A stretch of 64,000 nt of DNA from Candidatus Dojkabacteria bacterium (GCA_025999155.1 AP026679.1:17408-81407), one strand, 5' to 3'; shown: positions 20,708-31,374, numbered from the stretch's first letter. Numbers and translations: made by a program. Notes: generated from the sequence alone by a model not told the origin.

Positions 20708-22285
20708 TTAATTCTTAAGTACAGGTTCTAAAAGATTACGGCTTAGACTCATAGGAACTGGTATCGGTAGTCCAAGAAGTCGCAGTAATGTCGGAGCAAT
20801 ATCCGATATTGAGCCCATGGGTAGTTCGATGGGTTTAGCTTGTGGGCCGACATATATGAAAGGTACAGGATTTGTAGTATGTTCTGTATGAGGTTTACCT
20901 GTCTCCAAATCTATCATCACATCAGCATTTCCATGATCAGCCGTCACTAATAAAGCTCCACCGACAGCTAGTGTATTTAGTATGATTCTATCTAGGTTTC
21001 TATCTACCGCTTCTATTGCTTTTACTGCCGCATCATAATTTCCTGTATGTCCAACCATATCTGGGCATGCAATATTCATTATGATTACATCATAAATTTG
21101 TAGCCTAATTTTATTTATTAAGACTTGGGTCAATTCGTATGTGCTCATTTCCGGTTTCATGTCGTAAGTCGGCACTTTAGGAGAAGGGACTAAGATTCGA
21201 TCTTCTTTATCAAAAACTAGCTCACGTCCACCATTAAAGAAAAAAGTTACATGCGCAAACTTTTCTGTTTCAGCCAGACGCAATTGTCTCATTCCTGCCT
21301 CTGAAATTACTCTTCCTACGGGTACTTGTACATTTTCCGGTTCAAATACTAAATGCATTTTAGTATTTAGTGCTTTTTCATATTGAGTCATACCTACGTA
21401 AAACAAGTTTTTGAATTTAACTCTTTCAAATTCATTAAAGTTATCATCAATAAGAGCTCGCGAAATCTGTATCGCCCTATCAGCTCTATAATTAAAGAAA
21501 AATAAAGCATCCCCGTCTTGTAATTTTGGATAATTTCCATTTTCATCTACTATCACCGTTGGCTCTACAAATTCATCCGTAATTTCTTTCGAATAAGAGG
21601 TAGAAATGGCTTCATCTACACTGGTAAATTTTTCTCCTATACCATGTACAATAAGGTCATATGCTTTTTTAGTTCGATCCCACTTATTATTTCTATCCAT
21701 TGCAAAGTATCTGCCGATAATTGACACTATTCTGCCTATTCCAAGACGTTGGCATTCTTGGTTCACTTTTTCAAGGAAATTTCTTCCTGCTTTAGGATCA
21801 GTATCGCGCCCATCAGTAAAAGCATGAATAAAAACTCTTTTACCATGAAAGTTGTGCCTTTGAATGAATTGTAATGTAGCGAACAGGTGCTCAAGTGAAG
21901 AGTGTACTTGGCCAGTAGATACACAACCCATGATATGAAAGTTCGAATTGTTTGCTTTACAGTGATCTAAAGCCTTAATTAATGTTGGATTATCATAAAA
22001 AGCTCCGTTAGCTATAGCCATATTAATGCGTGGTAGTGTCTGAAAAACTACCCTACCTGCTCCTAGAGTCAAATGTCCAACTTCACTATTACCAGCCACA
22101 CCATGAGGTAGACCCACAGCAGATCCTGAGGCGTTTAAAAGACAATGGGGAAATGACCTCATTATACGGTCAAAAGCTGGTTTCCGTGCGTTTGCGACAG
22201 CATTACCGGGATGAGGAGGTGCTATACCGAATCCATCAAGGATTAATAAAATAACTGGTTTTGGTCGTCTAGTTAGTAGAGACAT
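20708..22285 (-). CDS. gpmI: 2,3-bisphosphoglycerate-independent phosphoglycerate mutase
   Basis: ILDGFG, GNSEVGH, DGRDT, AETEKFAHVT, DMVGHTG, TADHGN. Confidence 0.97.
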   Translation of the reverse strand: MSLLTRRPKPVILLILDGFGIAPPHPGNAVANARKPAFDRIMRSFPHCLLNASGSAVGLPHGVAGNSEVGHLTLGAGRVVFQTLPRINMAIANGAFYDNPTLIKALDHCKANNSNFHIMGCVSTGQVHSSLEHLFATLQFIQRHNFHGKRVFIHAFTDGRDTDPKAGRNFLEKVNQECQRLGIGRIVSIIGRYFAMDRNNKWDRTKKAYDLIVHGIGEKFTSVDEAISTSYSKEITDEFVEPTVIVDENGNYPKLQDGDALFFFNYRADRAIQISRALIDDNFNEFERVKFKNLFYVGMTQYEKALNTKMHLVFEPENVQVPVGRVISEAGMRQLRLAETEKFAHVTFFFNGGRELVFDKEDRILVPSPKVPTYDMKPEMSTYELTQVLINKIRLQIYDVIIMNIACPDMVGHTGNYDAAVKAIEAVDRNLDRIILNTLAVGGALLVTADHGNADVMIDLETGKPHTEHTTNPVPFIYVGPQAKPIELPMGSISDIAPTLLRLLGLPIPVPMSLSRNLLEPVLKN

Positions 22286-22429
22286 ATGATTTCACGCATT
22301 CAATATAACATATTTAAAATTAATGTGTTCAGTTGAAACAATAAATAATAGGATATAAAAAACACTTCTATAAGATTCATGGTTGATATGGCTGATGTCA
22401 AGTCCCTTTTTAAAACATACAATTTTCAA

Positions 22430-23044
22430 TCATATAATACCGCCGTACATTACAAAATCTTCATCTGTACCAATAATCATCGATCTTGGCAGAACTAATG
22501 CTGAATAGATGATCAGGTCCTTTCTTTTCTTAGCTATTTCAAGTTCTTTTGCTGAAAATATTCTGTAGTGTAATTTTCTTTTCTCAACTTCTTCCGAGTC
22601 TCGTATTATTCTTTCGAGAACAATGCGATTGACTTCGCCTACTACAATAAGATCAGGATTATTTTCTTCTGAATCTTCTCGATTAAGATAGGTATGAGTC
22701 AGTATAGCAAAGATGACATCTCCTAATTCTTTACGGTGCAAAAACACATAATAACCCAAGCCGTATGTTTTGACAAAAATAGATCGTATTTCATTGAACA
22801 ATGGAAAGGACGCATTTAGTGAATAAAATTTTTTGATTCCGTATTGCTGTGAAGTTAGCAATCCTGCTTTTTCCAGGCTGATTAATTCTCGTCTTACTGC
22901 GTTGATTTGTTCTCCTGTAATACGGGAAATTTGGCGCATATGAAAAGAATCTCGAGGATTTGTAAAAAATAGTGAAATCAATTTGACCCTAACTCTTGAA
23001 GTAAATAGTCCTAATACGATTTTTTGTAAATCATTTTTGAGCAT
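22430..23044 (-). CDS. Winged-HTH + nucleotidyltransferase-like domain protein
   Basis: LFTSRVRVK...RQISR..GEQINAVRREL wHTH, then a DLIVVG NTase-like strand. Confidence 0.7.
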   Translation of the reverse strand: MLKNDLQKIVLGLFTSRVRVKLISLFFTNPRDSFHMRQISRITGEQINAVRRELISLEKAGLLTSQQYGIKKFYSLNASFPLFNEIRSIFVKTYGLGYYVFLHRKELGDVIFAILTHTYLNREDSEENNPDLIVVGEVNRIVLERIIRDSEEVEKRKLHYRIFSAKELEIAKKRKDLIIYSALVLPRSMIIGTDEDFVMYGGII

Positions 23045-23156
23045 ACGAGTGTATTTTACTATCGATTATGAATAAAATTAAACGAAGTATAATAAGGTTA
23101 TACAATTTCTGTAAAAATTTTTAAAATATGTTGCGGTTATTATTTTTATATACTCT

Positions 23157-24083
23157 TTGCAAATGAAATATTCTCTAATCATTATAGCCTGGAACGAGCC
23201 GCAAACTGTAAGCTCTAACCTCGAAGCTGTCCTAGATCAACAGTACGATAATTTATTACCTGACTTTGAAATTATTCTCGTCTGTCCTGATCAAGAAACC
23301 TATAATGCAGCAAAAGCAGTTATTATGAAATACAGATTTAATAAATTTACATATATCCGCGATCCACGGAAGGGGAAACCGTATGCTTTCAATTTAGCTT
23401 TTGAAAAAGCAAGAGGTGACATCATAATTTGTACCGATGGGGATGTTGTGATCGATAGTGGAGCTTTGAAAAATTTAGTCGAGCTTTTTGCTCGCAATCC
23501 TAAAATCGGTATTGTATCCGGCAGACCCGTGTCAAAGGATGACAAGTCTTCTTTATTTGGATATTGGGGAAATTTGCTTGCGGATGCTGCCCATTGCAAG
23601 AGATTAAAAGAATTTAGTTACAGTAAAAATTATTTTGTGAGCGGTTATCTGTTTGCAATGCGTCGAGAAGCTGACATTAGATTACCAGAAGATATAATGT
23701 CTGACGATGCATGGATTTCGATTAAAATGATTTTAAAGGGATATTTAATAGGTTATGCACCTTCTGCTCGTGTTTATGTAAAATATCCTACTAATTTACG
23801 CGATTGGTTTCGTCAGAAAAGAAGATCTGCAGGTGGCTATGTACAACTGAAAAAGTTTTTTGAAAAGGGTTGTTTGAACACTGTATTACCAAAGCGAAAT
23901 TTCTTTGAGGAATTAAAGTTTTTCTTTTTTCCTTTGTTTTATGCTAAAAATTTAAGACAATTTTTATATTCTTTAGCTTTGTACCCAGTAAGGCTAATTT
24001 TATGGATGATTATTTTTTATGACAAAATCAAAAATAATCAGACGGCAAGTCGGCTATGGATTAGAATAGAGAGTACAAAGTAG
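23157..24083 (+). CDS. GT2 glycosyltransferase (PgaC/CesA-like)
   Basis: AWNE, GK..AFN, TDGD, SDD, QKRR (QxxRW-like). TTG start, with ATG 23163 as an alternative. Confidence 0.85.
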   Translation: MQMKYSLIIIAWNEPQTVSSNLEAVLDQQYDNLLPDFEIILVCPDQETYNAAKAVIMKYRFNKFTYIRDPRKGKPYAFNLAFEKARGDIIICTDGDVVIDSGALKNLVELFARNPKIGIVSGRPVSKDDKSSLFGYWGNLLADAAHCKRLKEFSYSKNYFVSGYLFAMRREADIRLPEDIMSDDAWISIKMILKGYLIGYAPSARVYVKYPTNLRDWFRQKRRSAGGYVQLKKFFEKGCLNTVLPKRNFFEELKFFFFPLFYAKNLRQFLYSLALYPVRLILWMIIFYDKIKNNQTASRLWIRIESTK

Positions 24084-24112
24084 TGTAAACTAATTAAATA
24101 TATACAAATTTT

Positions 24113-25033
24113 ATGCTTGACAGGCAAGAAAAATTTATTCAGAACTTCCCTGAAATTTGTCGGTATTCGTGTTCAAAAAATAATGAAGTTCGAAACTTTA
24201 ATTTATTTAGGGAAGAATATTTTCTTACTATCAAAAACTTTAAAATCAAACTTATCGAATTTGTACTTATAGAATGTCAATACTGTAGATGGAAAAGAAG
24301 ACTTCCTGGCTCATTTGCTCGGAAAGTGTTTAAAAAAGGATTGAAGGCTAGTACTTTAATAGCTTATTCAGCAGATAAAATTTTGTCTAACTATTTTTTA
24401 AATTTGTATGCAAGTTTATGGATGGTTTTTTCATTGGTATTTTTATTTTCAGTCATTTTAGTGATCTATAAGTTTTATACTGAACCAATACTACTAGCTG
24501 ATCCTGAGGAAGTAACTGTGAACGATCTTAAAAATAGTAAATATCTAGGTAAAATTGTCAAATTTAAAGGTTTCGTCAATTATCCTTTGGCCTTTACTTT
24601 AGATCAATTACAGGAGAGGCGTAATGGCAGCGTGAATTTAGTATCCCGAGAGGTGTATTTACCTATTTTTAACGATAAAGATCCAACGCACTATATATTG
24701 CTTAGAGGTGGAAAGGTTGATGTGGATAAAGTACTTTCAAAACAAGGAATAAACGATATAGCCTTATTGGAGAATCAAGAGTACGAAGTGATCGGAAAGG
24801 TCGAAAATATTGCATTATTGACTCATCCAGATTTACGGAAATTTTATCTTGAGGAATTACCTGCAGCAAAGTCACTGACACCAGCAAGCATTTTAGTTGT
24901 ATCAGTAGGCCTTAAAGACTTAGATACCTTTCTTCTTGAAAATATTAATTATTTAGGAATTGTGTTTTGTATTTTTTTTACATCTATGGCCCTACAAATT
25001 TATATTGATAGGAAAATTGCTTATAAGCATTAG
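24113..25033 (+). CDS. Hypothetical membrane protein with a possible N-terminal zinc ribbon
   Basis: CRYSC...CQYC, then two TM segments flanking an extracytoplasmic domain. Confidence 0.6.
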   Translation: MLDRQEKFIQNFPEICRYSCSKNNEVRNFNLFREEYFLTIKNFKIKLIEFVLIECQYCRWKRRLPGSFARKVFKKGLKASTLIAYSADKILSNYFLNLYASLWMVFSLVFLFSVILVIYKFYTEPILLADPEEVTVNDLKNSKYLGKIVKFKGFVNYPLAFTLDQLQERRNGSVNLVSREVYLPIFNDKDPTHYILLRGGKVDVDKVLSKQGINDIALLENQEYEVIGKVENIALLTHPDLRKFYLEELPAAKSLTPASILVVSVGLKDLDTFLLENINYLGIVFCIFFTSMALQIYIDRKIAYKH

Positions 25034-25289
25034 CATTATCAAGTTTATATGGATTATGCTTCCCAACAAAAGGTCAGAAGTCTTTTGTGATTGACACTTG
25101 CTCATATTGAAATTAGAGAGAAAGATCATCTTTATGATTTATTTTGTGAATATATTATCATTATGTTGTAGCGGCTGACATGATGGATGGTATCTTGTTG
25201 ATTAGAACTGTCTTTTACTGCTTGTAAGTATAAGAATGAAATGATGTAACCTCCATCATATCAATTGTTTTCGTATTAACAAATTTAAT

Positions 25290-26312
25290 ATGTATCCGAA
25301 AATTTATATTGTGCTATTAAACTATAACGGATGGGTAGATACTATAGAATGTTTAGAAAGTATTTTTAAAATAGATTATCCAAATTATAAAGTGATTGTT
25401 GTAGATAATAATTCTCCAAATGACTCGATTCGCTACATTAAGGCATGGGCGGACGACAAACTCAATGTATGGCGAAGTCCTCAGTCTCCTTTACGACACT
25501 ATTCTTATTTACCTGTACAAAAACCCATTTCCTATAAGCTATACAATAATCTTTTTGAGTTAGAAAATAGACAAGATACGCATCATATAGATTCTAACGA
25601 AGATCCTTTAGTATTGATTCAAACCGGGTCTAACGGGGGTTTTGCATTTGGCAATAATGCAGCTATTAAATATGCATTAAGTGAAAAAGATGTTGATTAT
25701 GTTTTACTTTTAAACAATGACACGGTTGTCGAAAAAGATTTTTTAGCCAAGATGTTACAAACTGCTATATCTAGTCCAAATATAGGAATAACCGGATGCA
25801 AGATTTATTATTATGATTGGCCCGATAAAATATGGTTTAATGGGGCTATTTTTAATGAGTGGACAGGTACGACAATTCATTGTCAAAGTGATATTGATGC
25901 TACTTGGTCACAATCAACTTTTATTACAGGCTGTAGTATGTTAATTCGAAAAGATGTCTTTAGAAAAGTAGGCTTATTAGATGAGAGTTACTTTATGTAT
26001 ATTGAAGATTTAGATTTCAGCTATAGGACTAGGCATGCAGGTTATGACTTGGCTGTAGCTCATACTGCCGAGATATGGCATAAAGTGGGAGCAAGCAGTG
26101 ATGGTGAATTCTCAGTATTTTCTACATATTGGATTCTTAGAAATAGAGTTAGATTTATCTTGAAGCATATGCCTCTTCTTAAGAGGATAACCGCTATCGG
26201 TTTTATAATAAGTACACGTTTTTTTAAATGGACGGAGTATTTTTTTTATGGTAAAACAGATCTAATTTTAGCTCAATTAAAAGGCATCAAAGATGGCATA
26301 TTGATTCGATAA
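25290..26312 (+). CDS. GT2 glycosyltransferase (WfgS/rhamnosyltransferase-like)
   Basis: LNYNG..DTIECLES, VDNNS, NGGFAFGNN, LLNND, YFMYIEDLD. Confidence 0.9.
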   Translation: MYPKIYIVLLNYNGWVDTIECLESIFKIDYPNYKVIVVDNNSPNDSIRYIKAWADDKLNVWRSPQSPLRHYSYLPVQKPISYKLYNNLFELENRQDTHHIDSNEDPLVLIQTGSNGGFAFGNNAAIKYALSEKDVDYVLLLNNDTVVEKDFLAKMLQTAISSPNIGITGCKIYYYDWPDKIWFNGAIFNEWTGTTIHCQSDIDATWSQSTFITGCSMLIRKDVFRKVGLLDESYFMYIEDLDFSYRTRHAGYDLAVAHTAEIWHKVGASSDGEFSVFSTYWILRNRVRFILKHMPLLKRITAIGFIISTRFFKWTEYFFYGKTDLILAQLKGIKDGILIR

Positions 26313-26459
26313 GCAGACTTCGTCGCTATTTACAAATGTGAAATCCTCTTATAATTGTTGGATTTAGATGACTTTATATTTATCATTTATTAAATTTACA
26401 TTATTCTTTTTTATGTTTTAGATTTATTACATAAATATTCGTGCCTTAAGTAAGTTTAG

Positions 26460-27704
26460 ATGTCAATTTATCCTAAAAAAATACTTTTCATCACTCCTCA
26501 GCTTCCTTATCCACCCATTAGTGGTGGTACTATTGTTTCTTTCAAAACACTGCAATTACTTGCTTCCAAATATGAAGTGCATTTAGTTAATCTGTTAAAG
26601 AATGATGAGGATGTTCTAAATGAGCCCATTTTAAAAGAAAAATTTCAAGCGAGTTTAGAATCATACAAATCTTTTATTTTGGAAAAAAAATTCTTTGCTA
26701 AAAATCCTATGAATTTACTAAAAAGCTACGTTGTTCGACAGCCTTTCAGTGTTTATCGTAATTCAAATAGGTCTTTGAAAGAATACGTCGAAACAATTAC
26801 AAAAAATTTCTCTATCGATATCATCTTTCTGGATCATTTTTTGACTTTTCAATTTATAGAAGATGTTATTGATACGATCAAGTCAAAGAAAATAAAAATT
26901 TTACTACAAGAACACAATTCAGAGTATTTGATTTTTCAGAGATACGCAGAACAAGAAAAAAACATTCTGAAAAAAGTTTTTGCATACATTGAAGCATACA
27001 GGGTAAGAGAATACGAAAAAAAAATTTCTACATTGGTTGATTATGTATTATGTGTGTCATCTCATGATATCGATAAACTTGTCGATATAGGTATTGATAG
27101 ACACAAGTTAAAACTAGTTACGTTGGTTGGAGACGAGTCTCTATTACATAAAGAAGATTTAGTCTTTGATGATACAGAGGACAGTCTTTTGTTCGTAGGG
27201 ACTCTTTCTTGGGAGCCAAATGTAGATGGTTTAATGTGGTTTATCAAAAATGCATGGGATAAGCTAAAAAATAAGCGAAAAAATCTTAAGTTTTACGTAG
27301 TTGGTAGAAATCCACCAGAACGGCTTATAGAAGTAGTCGCACAACATAAAGATATAGTGTTGACCGGATATGTGGAAGATCTTGAAGAATATTATAGGAA
27401 ATGTAGGGTTTTCGTGTCTCCATTAAGGTTTGGTAGCGGTATAAAAATAAAAAATATAAACGCGTTGTATAGAGGTATTCCTGTTGTGACGACATCTGTT
27501 GGGGTAGAAGGAATAGACGGAGATGATAGCGAACATTTTTTCATAGCGGATGATATAGATACTTTCATGTATAAAATCGAATTGGTGCTAGAAAATAAAG
27601 AAATCTGGCAACGCTTATCTAGAAATGCAAGAGAATTCATGAAAAGAAAACATTCTTTGGATAAAACAGTAAGTGTATTGGATGAAATCATGACCTTGGC
27701 TTAA
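26460..27704 (+). CDS. GT4 (GT-B) glycosyltransferase
   Basis: PYPPISGG, EHNSE, FVGTLSWEPN, PLRFGSGIKIK, PVVTT. Confidence 0.9.
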   Translation: MSIYPKKILFITPQLPYPPISGGTIVSFKTLQLLASKYEVHLVNLLKNDEDVLNEPILKEKFQASLESYKSFILEKKFFAKNPMNLLKSYVVRQPFSVYRNSNRSLKEYVETITKNFSIDIIFLDHFLTFQFIEDVIDTIKSKKIKILLQEHNSEYLIFQRYAEQEKNILKKVFAYIEAYRVREYEKKISTLVDYVLCVSSHDIDKLVDIGIDRHKLKLVTLVGDESLLHKEDLVFDDTEDSLLFVGTLSWEPNVDGLMWFIKNAWDKLKNKRKNLKFYVVGRNPPERLIEVVAQHKDIVLTGYVEDLEEYYRKCRVFVSPLRFGSGIKIKNINALYRGIPVVTTSVGVEGIDGDDSEHFFIADDIDTFMYKIELVLENKEIWQRLSRNAREFMKRKHSLDKTVSVLDEIMTLA

Positions 27705-27828
27705 GTCGGTTTTGAGATTATGATTGGTATAGATTGGTGTGTTATTACAACATATTTTCAGAATATGTTTGTAAAGACGGAATATTAGGTCGGTATTGAT
27801 TTTTTATTCTGTTGTGGTAGCTTAAGGC

Positions 27829-28197
27829 ATGGCACGAGTAACTCTCAATCCGACGGTGGATTTAGGTTTAACTGATCAAGATACTGATCAAGATTCTGTA
27901 ATTACAAATCCAGATTTGCATGCTCTTAAGGAACTGGACTTAGGTGTTAATTCCGCTAATGGTCTCAAAAACAATGATGCTGACATTCCTGTAAATGCTT
28001 GGTCTAATGTTGCAGGTGTGCCTGTACCTCCAAATGTGATGGGGAGCTTGTCGGATCAACAACGCAGTAACGTGTATACTAATACTCCACACAATGAACT
28101 GCGTGCATCCATTGTTTTCGTCGTTTCGTTGATAGCTTTTCTTATAGCTCTTGGAGTCTTTGTGTTTTTTCTTCTTCAGTACCTTGGTGTATTTTGA
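27829..28197 (+). CDS. Hypothetical protein with a C-terminal TM anchor
   Basis: Low-complexity N-terminal part and a hydrophobic C-terminal helix. Confidence 0.6.
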   Translation: MARVTLNPTVDLGLTDQDTDQDSVITNPDLHALKELDLGVNSANGLKNNDADIPVNAWSNVAGVPVPPNVMGSLSDQQRSNVYTNTPHNELRASIVFVVSLIAFLIALGVFVFFLLQYLGVF

Positions 28198-28248
28198 TTC
28201 TTCTATCTAAACACTTTGCCTATTATCTATTATAATTGACCTCAGAAT

Positions 28249-29325
28249 ATGTCACATGCTACACGTTCCATAAATTTTACACAGTCTTATAATGCTGAAT
28301 CTTTTGAGGAAGAAATCGTTTTTACGATTACTAAAGAAGATTTTCAGAAGTATTTTGAAAATGCTCTTCAGGAGATTACAAAACGACTGAAAATTCCTGG
28401 CTTTCGTAAAGGCAAAGCACCAAAAAGTTTTATCTTGTCGAGATATTACCTAGACGTTTTTGATAGAGCTGTCGAGATTGCTGTGAAAACCTATGTGTCG
28501 CGTATCGATAATTTCGATCCAAAGCCTATTAGTCCTTTTATAATTAAAAATGTCAAGCAATCTGATAATGAGAATAATGGAGATATAGAGGTTATGGTTG
28601 CTTACTTGCCAATGCCTTCTGTTATTTTGGGAGATGTTGATAAGTTAGTGGTCGACAGACCAGACATTCGTAAGGCATCGGAGGAAGAAGTGGATAATGA
28701 GTTAAGAAATGTATGGTACGTTTACGCAAAAAAACTTGATGGGAATGTAAAAAAAGAAGATTTTTCTAGGGAAAAGATAGATAAAGAATTCCTGGAAAAT
28801 ACTGGTATTACAAAGGATAATCCTGAAATTAAATCCTACGATGATTTAAGAAATTTGATAGAACAATACATTAATGAAACTTACAAGACAAATTATGAAT
28901 TAGAATACGAAAAAGCCATTGTATCAGAGTTGATTCGTGCATGTACTTATGTCAAACTTGAAGGCCTTGTCAATTATGAAGTGGAACAGAGGATTGAAGA
29001 CTATATATCTAGGTTGAGAAATCTAGGTGTTAATGTACAAAATCACTTACAAGGTTCTGATATAGATATAGGTTCATTACGTGCTGCATGGTGGAAAGAA
29101 ATTGAGGAATCGATGAAATTAGAACTGCTTTTACAAGAATATGTGCGACAGCATAGGGTTGAGGTTTCCAATGAGGATATCGAGACAGAGCTTAATACGA
29201 TGGATAACAACTTGAAGAAAAGGTACAACTTTGATAATGGTAGATTGAGAAGTATCGCTGTATACCGGCTAACTAACCGCAAGGCATATGAACTATTAAT
29301 CAACAGTATTAAGAGTAGATCATGA
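28249..29325 (+). CDS. tig: Trigger factor lacking the FKBP domain
   Basis: Ribosome-binding signature IPGFRKGKAP and a helical C-domain; only 358 aa. Confidence 0.85.
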   Translation: MSHATRSINFTQSYNAESFEEEIVFTITKEDFQKYFENALQEITKRLKIPGFRKGKAPKSFILSRYYLDVFDRAVEIAVKTYVSRIDNFDPKPISPFIIKNVKQSDNENNGDIEVMVAYLPMPSVILGDVDKLVVDRPDIRKASEEEVDNELRNVWYVYAKKLDGNVKKEDFSREKIDKEFLENTGITKDNPEIKSYDDLRNLIEQYINETYKTNYELEYEKAIVSELIRACTYVKLEGLVNYEVEQRIEDYISRLRNLGVNVQNHLQGSDIDIGSLRAAWWKEIEESMKLELLLQEYVRQHRVEVSNEDIETELNTMDNNLKKRYNFDNGRLRSIAVYRLTNRKAYELLINSIKSRS

Positions 29326-29555
29326 GAGCTGATTTTATTGCAGTAGTACAAATTATAATTTCTGTATTGCTAATTTTCGCTGTTTTAATGCAGCAAAGAG
29401 GTAGTGGAACCGGATCTTTGCTAGGAGGATCAAGTGTCATTAGCGGGGGCGAGTATTATAGAGCTCGACGTGGTTTAGAAAAATTTTTATTTTATGCGAC
29501 CATCGTATTGGGAAGTTTACTTGTGATCACGAGTTTTTTGTATTTATTGATCTAG
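29322..29555 (+). CDS. secG: Preprotein translocase subunit SecG
   Basis: 77 aa with two TMs, LMQQRGSGTG...RRGLEKFL. Confidence 0.93.
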   Translation: MRADFIAVVQIIISVLLIFAVLMQQRGSGTGSLLGGSSVISGGEYYRARRGLEKFLFYATIVLGSLLVITSFLYLLI

Positions 29556-29577
29556 CTCATACAATTTCCTCTTACAC

Positions 29578-31374
29578 ATGAACGTGCGTAATATTTTAAA
29601 GATGCGAAATTACACGATTGTCTTTCTTCTTGTCTGTTACATTGTAGCGTCTTTTGTCTTAGTTAACTATTTTGATCGCATAATATTTTTTGAAACCAAT
29701 AAAGAGAAAAAAAACATAGTTGAAGCTGTACTCAAGCCAAGAACCGATATTCCAACAAATTTAATTCTGAATGTCGATCCCTTTTTGACATCTTCTGATG
29801 ATCCAAAAATTAGGGAGATACGAAAAAAACTGTCTGCCTTAGTATTTTCTTCTTTATTTATTGAGTCCCCGAATGGCGATGTAATTGGCGATTTGGTAGA
29901 TTCTTTTACTTTTAATAATGCTCAGAATCTTGAAATCACATTAAAATCTAATGTTAAGTGGCATGATGGTACAGATTTAAATGCAAAAGATGTTAAATTT
30001 TCTTTTGACGTATTAAGGTCTTTAGGTAACAAGTCATTGTACTCTGCAGCCACAAATGGAGGAAATCTCAGAATTGATATCATTGATGATTATAAATTGA
30101 TAATTAACTTAATGAATGACAAGAGCGATCCCGTAAAAAATTCTTCATACTTGCATACTTTAACTTTCCCAATCTTACCTGCACATCTTCTAGCTGAAAA
30201 TTTTTATAGTAATACCTATGTTAATATCGTGGAAACATCTTTCGGTTCCGCACCTATTGGGACTGGTCCTTTAAGATATTTAAAAAAGAATACTAATGAG
30301 GTCGAGTTAGAAAGTTTTGAGCAATATTTTCGTGGTGATGTATCGTTAAACAAATATATAATACGACTTTATGAAAGTGTTGAAGACATCATGTATGATT
30401 ATAAATTAAAAAATGTTGATCTATTTATACGTGGAGATACCGGTAAAATAGACTCGATATCACAAAGTCTGATAGACGTAGGGTTCAATTTAAGATATGC
30501 AACTATATTGAGTCGTCGGTATGTTTTATATTTCAATATAGGCAACAAAACAGATGATGTGAATTCTTTTATAAAATCGACTTTACTAAGAAGAGGGTTA
30601 TTGAGTCTTATAAATCGAGATAAATTAATAGAAAGATTAGGTGTTGGGCGTCAAATACTAGGTCCTGTGGACCAAAGCTCTAGTTATTTTTATCAGGATA
30701 TATTATCAAAATTTGAGTACAATACAGAAGCATTTATTAGATTAGTTGAGAGCTTAGGATATCGAAAAGAAAATGATGGATTCTACTATAAAGACGGCAA
30801 GCCATTATTTTTAGAGTTGACATATTTAGAAGGGGGAGATAGAGATGTAATAGTAGACTATTTAATAGATGAACTGTCTGTTGTCGGTGTTCGTGTCGAG
30901 GCAGTAAGATTGAGTAGTAAAAAAGATATAGATAAAAAAGGGTCTGCAAAAAATGATTTTCTGGATACTATAAACAATCGTAAGTATCAAGTATTATTAA
31001 CAGTTGTCACCAACTATACTGACTATGATCCTTTTATTGAATGGCATAGCACAAATATTCCTGCACCAGGTTTGAATCTATCTAATTATTCTTCTAAAGT
31101 TCTAGATAAAAACCTTATAGATATTAGAGTTTCAGCTAATGCTGAAGAGAAAAAGCAAGCATTTCTAAACTTTCAAAAAATATTTTTTGAGGAATCACCG
31201 GCCATTTATCTTATCAATCCTGGTATACAAATTTTTTCTTCCAACAAATTATTCGTGCCTCAAGATCTGACTGTTGTCGATGATCATTACATTTATTTCG
31301 ACATACTAAATTGGGTTCAGCAGCTTAGTCAAAATGAAACCAAGAGGATAGAACCCGTTTTATTGGATTGGTAG
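29578..31374 (+). CDS. Peptide ABC transporter substrate-binding protein (family 5), membrane-anchored
   Basis: KWHDG...DVKFSF, PILPAH, PIGTGP, WHS...NLSNY, PAIYL. Confidence 0.85.
   Translation: MNVRNILKMRNYTIVFLLVCYIVASFVLVNYFDRIIFFETNKEKKNIVEAVLKPRTDIPTNLILNVDPFLTSSDDPKIREIRKKLSALVFSSLFIESPNGDVIGDLVDSFTFNNAQNLEITLKSNVKWHDGTDLNAKDVKFSFDVLRSLGNKSLYSAATNGGNLRIDIIDDYKLIINLMNDKSDPVKNSSYLHTLTFPILPAHLLAENFYSNTYVNIVETSFGSAPIGTGPLRYLKKNTNEVELESFEQYFRGDVSLNKYIIRLYESVEDIMYDYKLKNVDLFIRGDTGKIDSISQSLIDVGFNLRYATILSRRYVLYFNIGNKTDDVNSFIKSTLLRRGLLSLINRDKLIERLGVGRQILGPVDQSSSYFYQDILSKFEYNTEAFIRLVESLGYRKENDGFYYKDGKPLFLELTYLEGGDRDVIVDYLIDELSVVGVRVEAVRLSSKKDIDKKGSAKNDFLDTINNRKYQVLLTVVTNYTDYDPFIEWHSTNIPAPGLNLSNYSSKVLDKNLIDIRVSANAEEKKQAFLNFQKIFFEESPAIYLINPGIQIFSSNKLFVPQDLTVVDDHYIYFDILNWVQQLSQNETKRIEPVLLDW

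Noticed and set aside
22325-22340. GTGTTCAGTTGAAACA as a parS site
   Set aside because: Only 11/16 match to consensus and the core is not palindromic.
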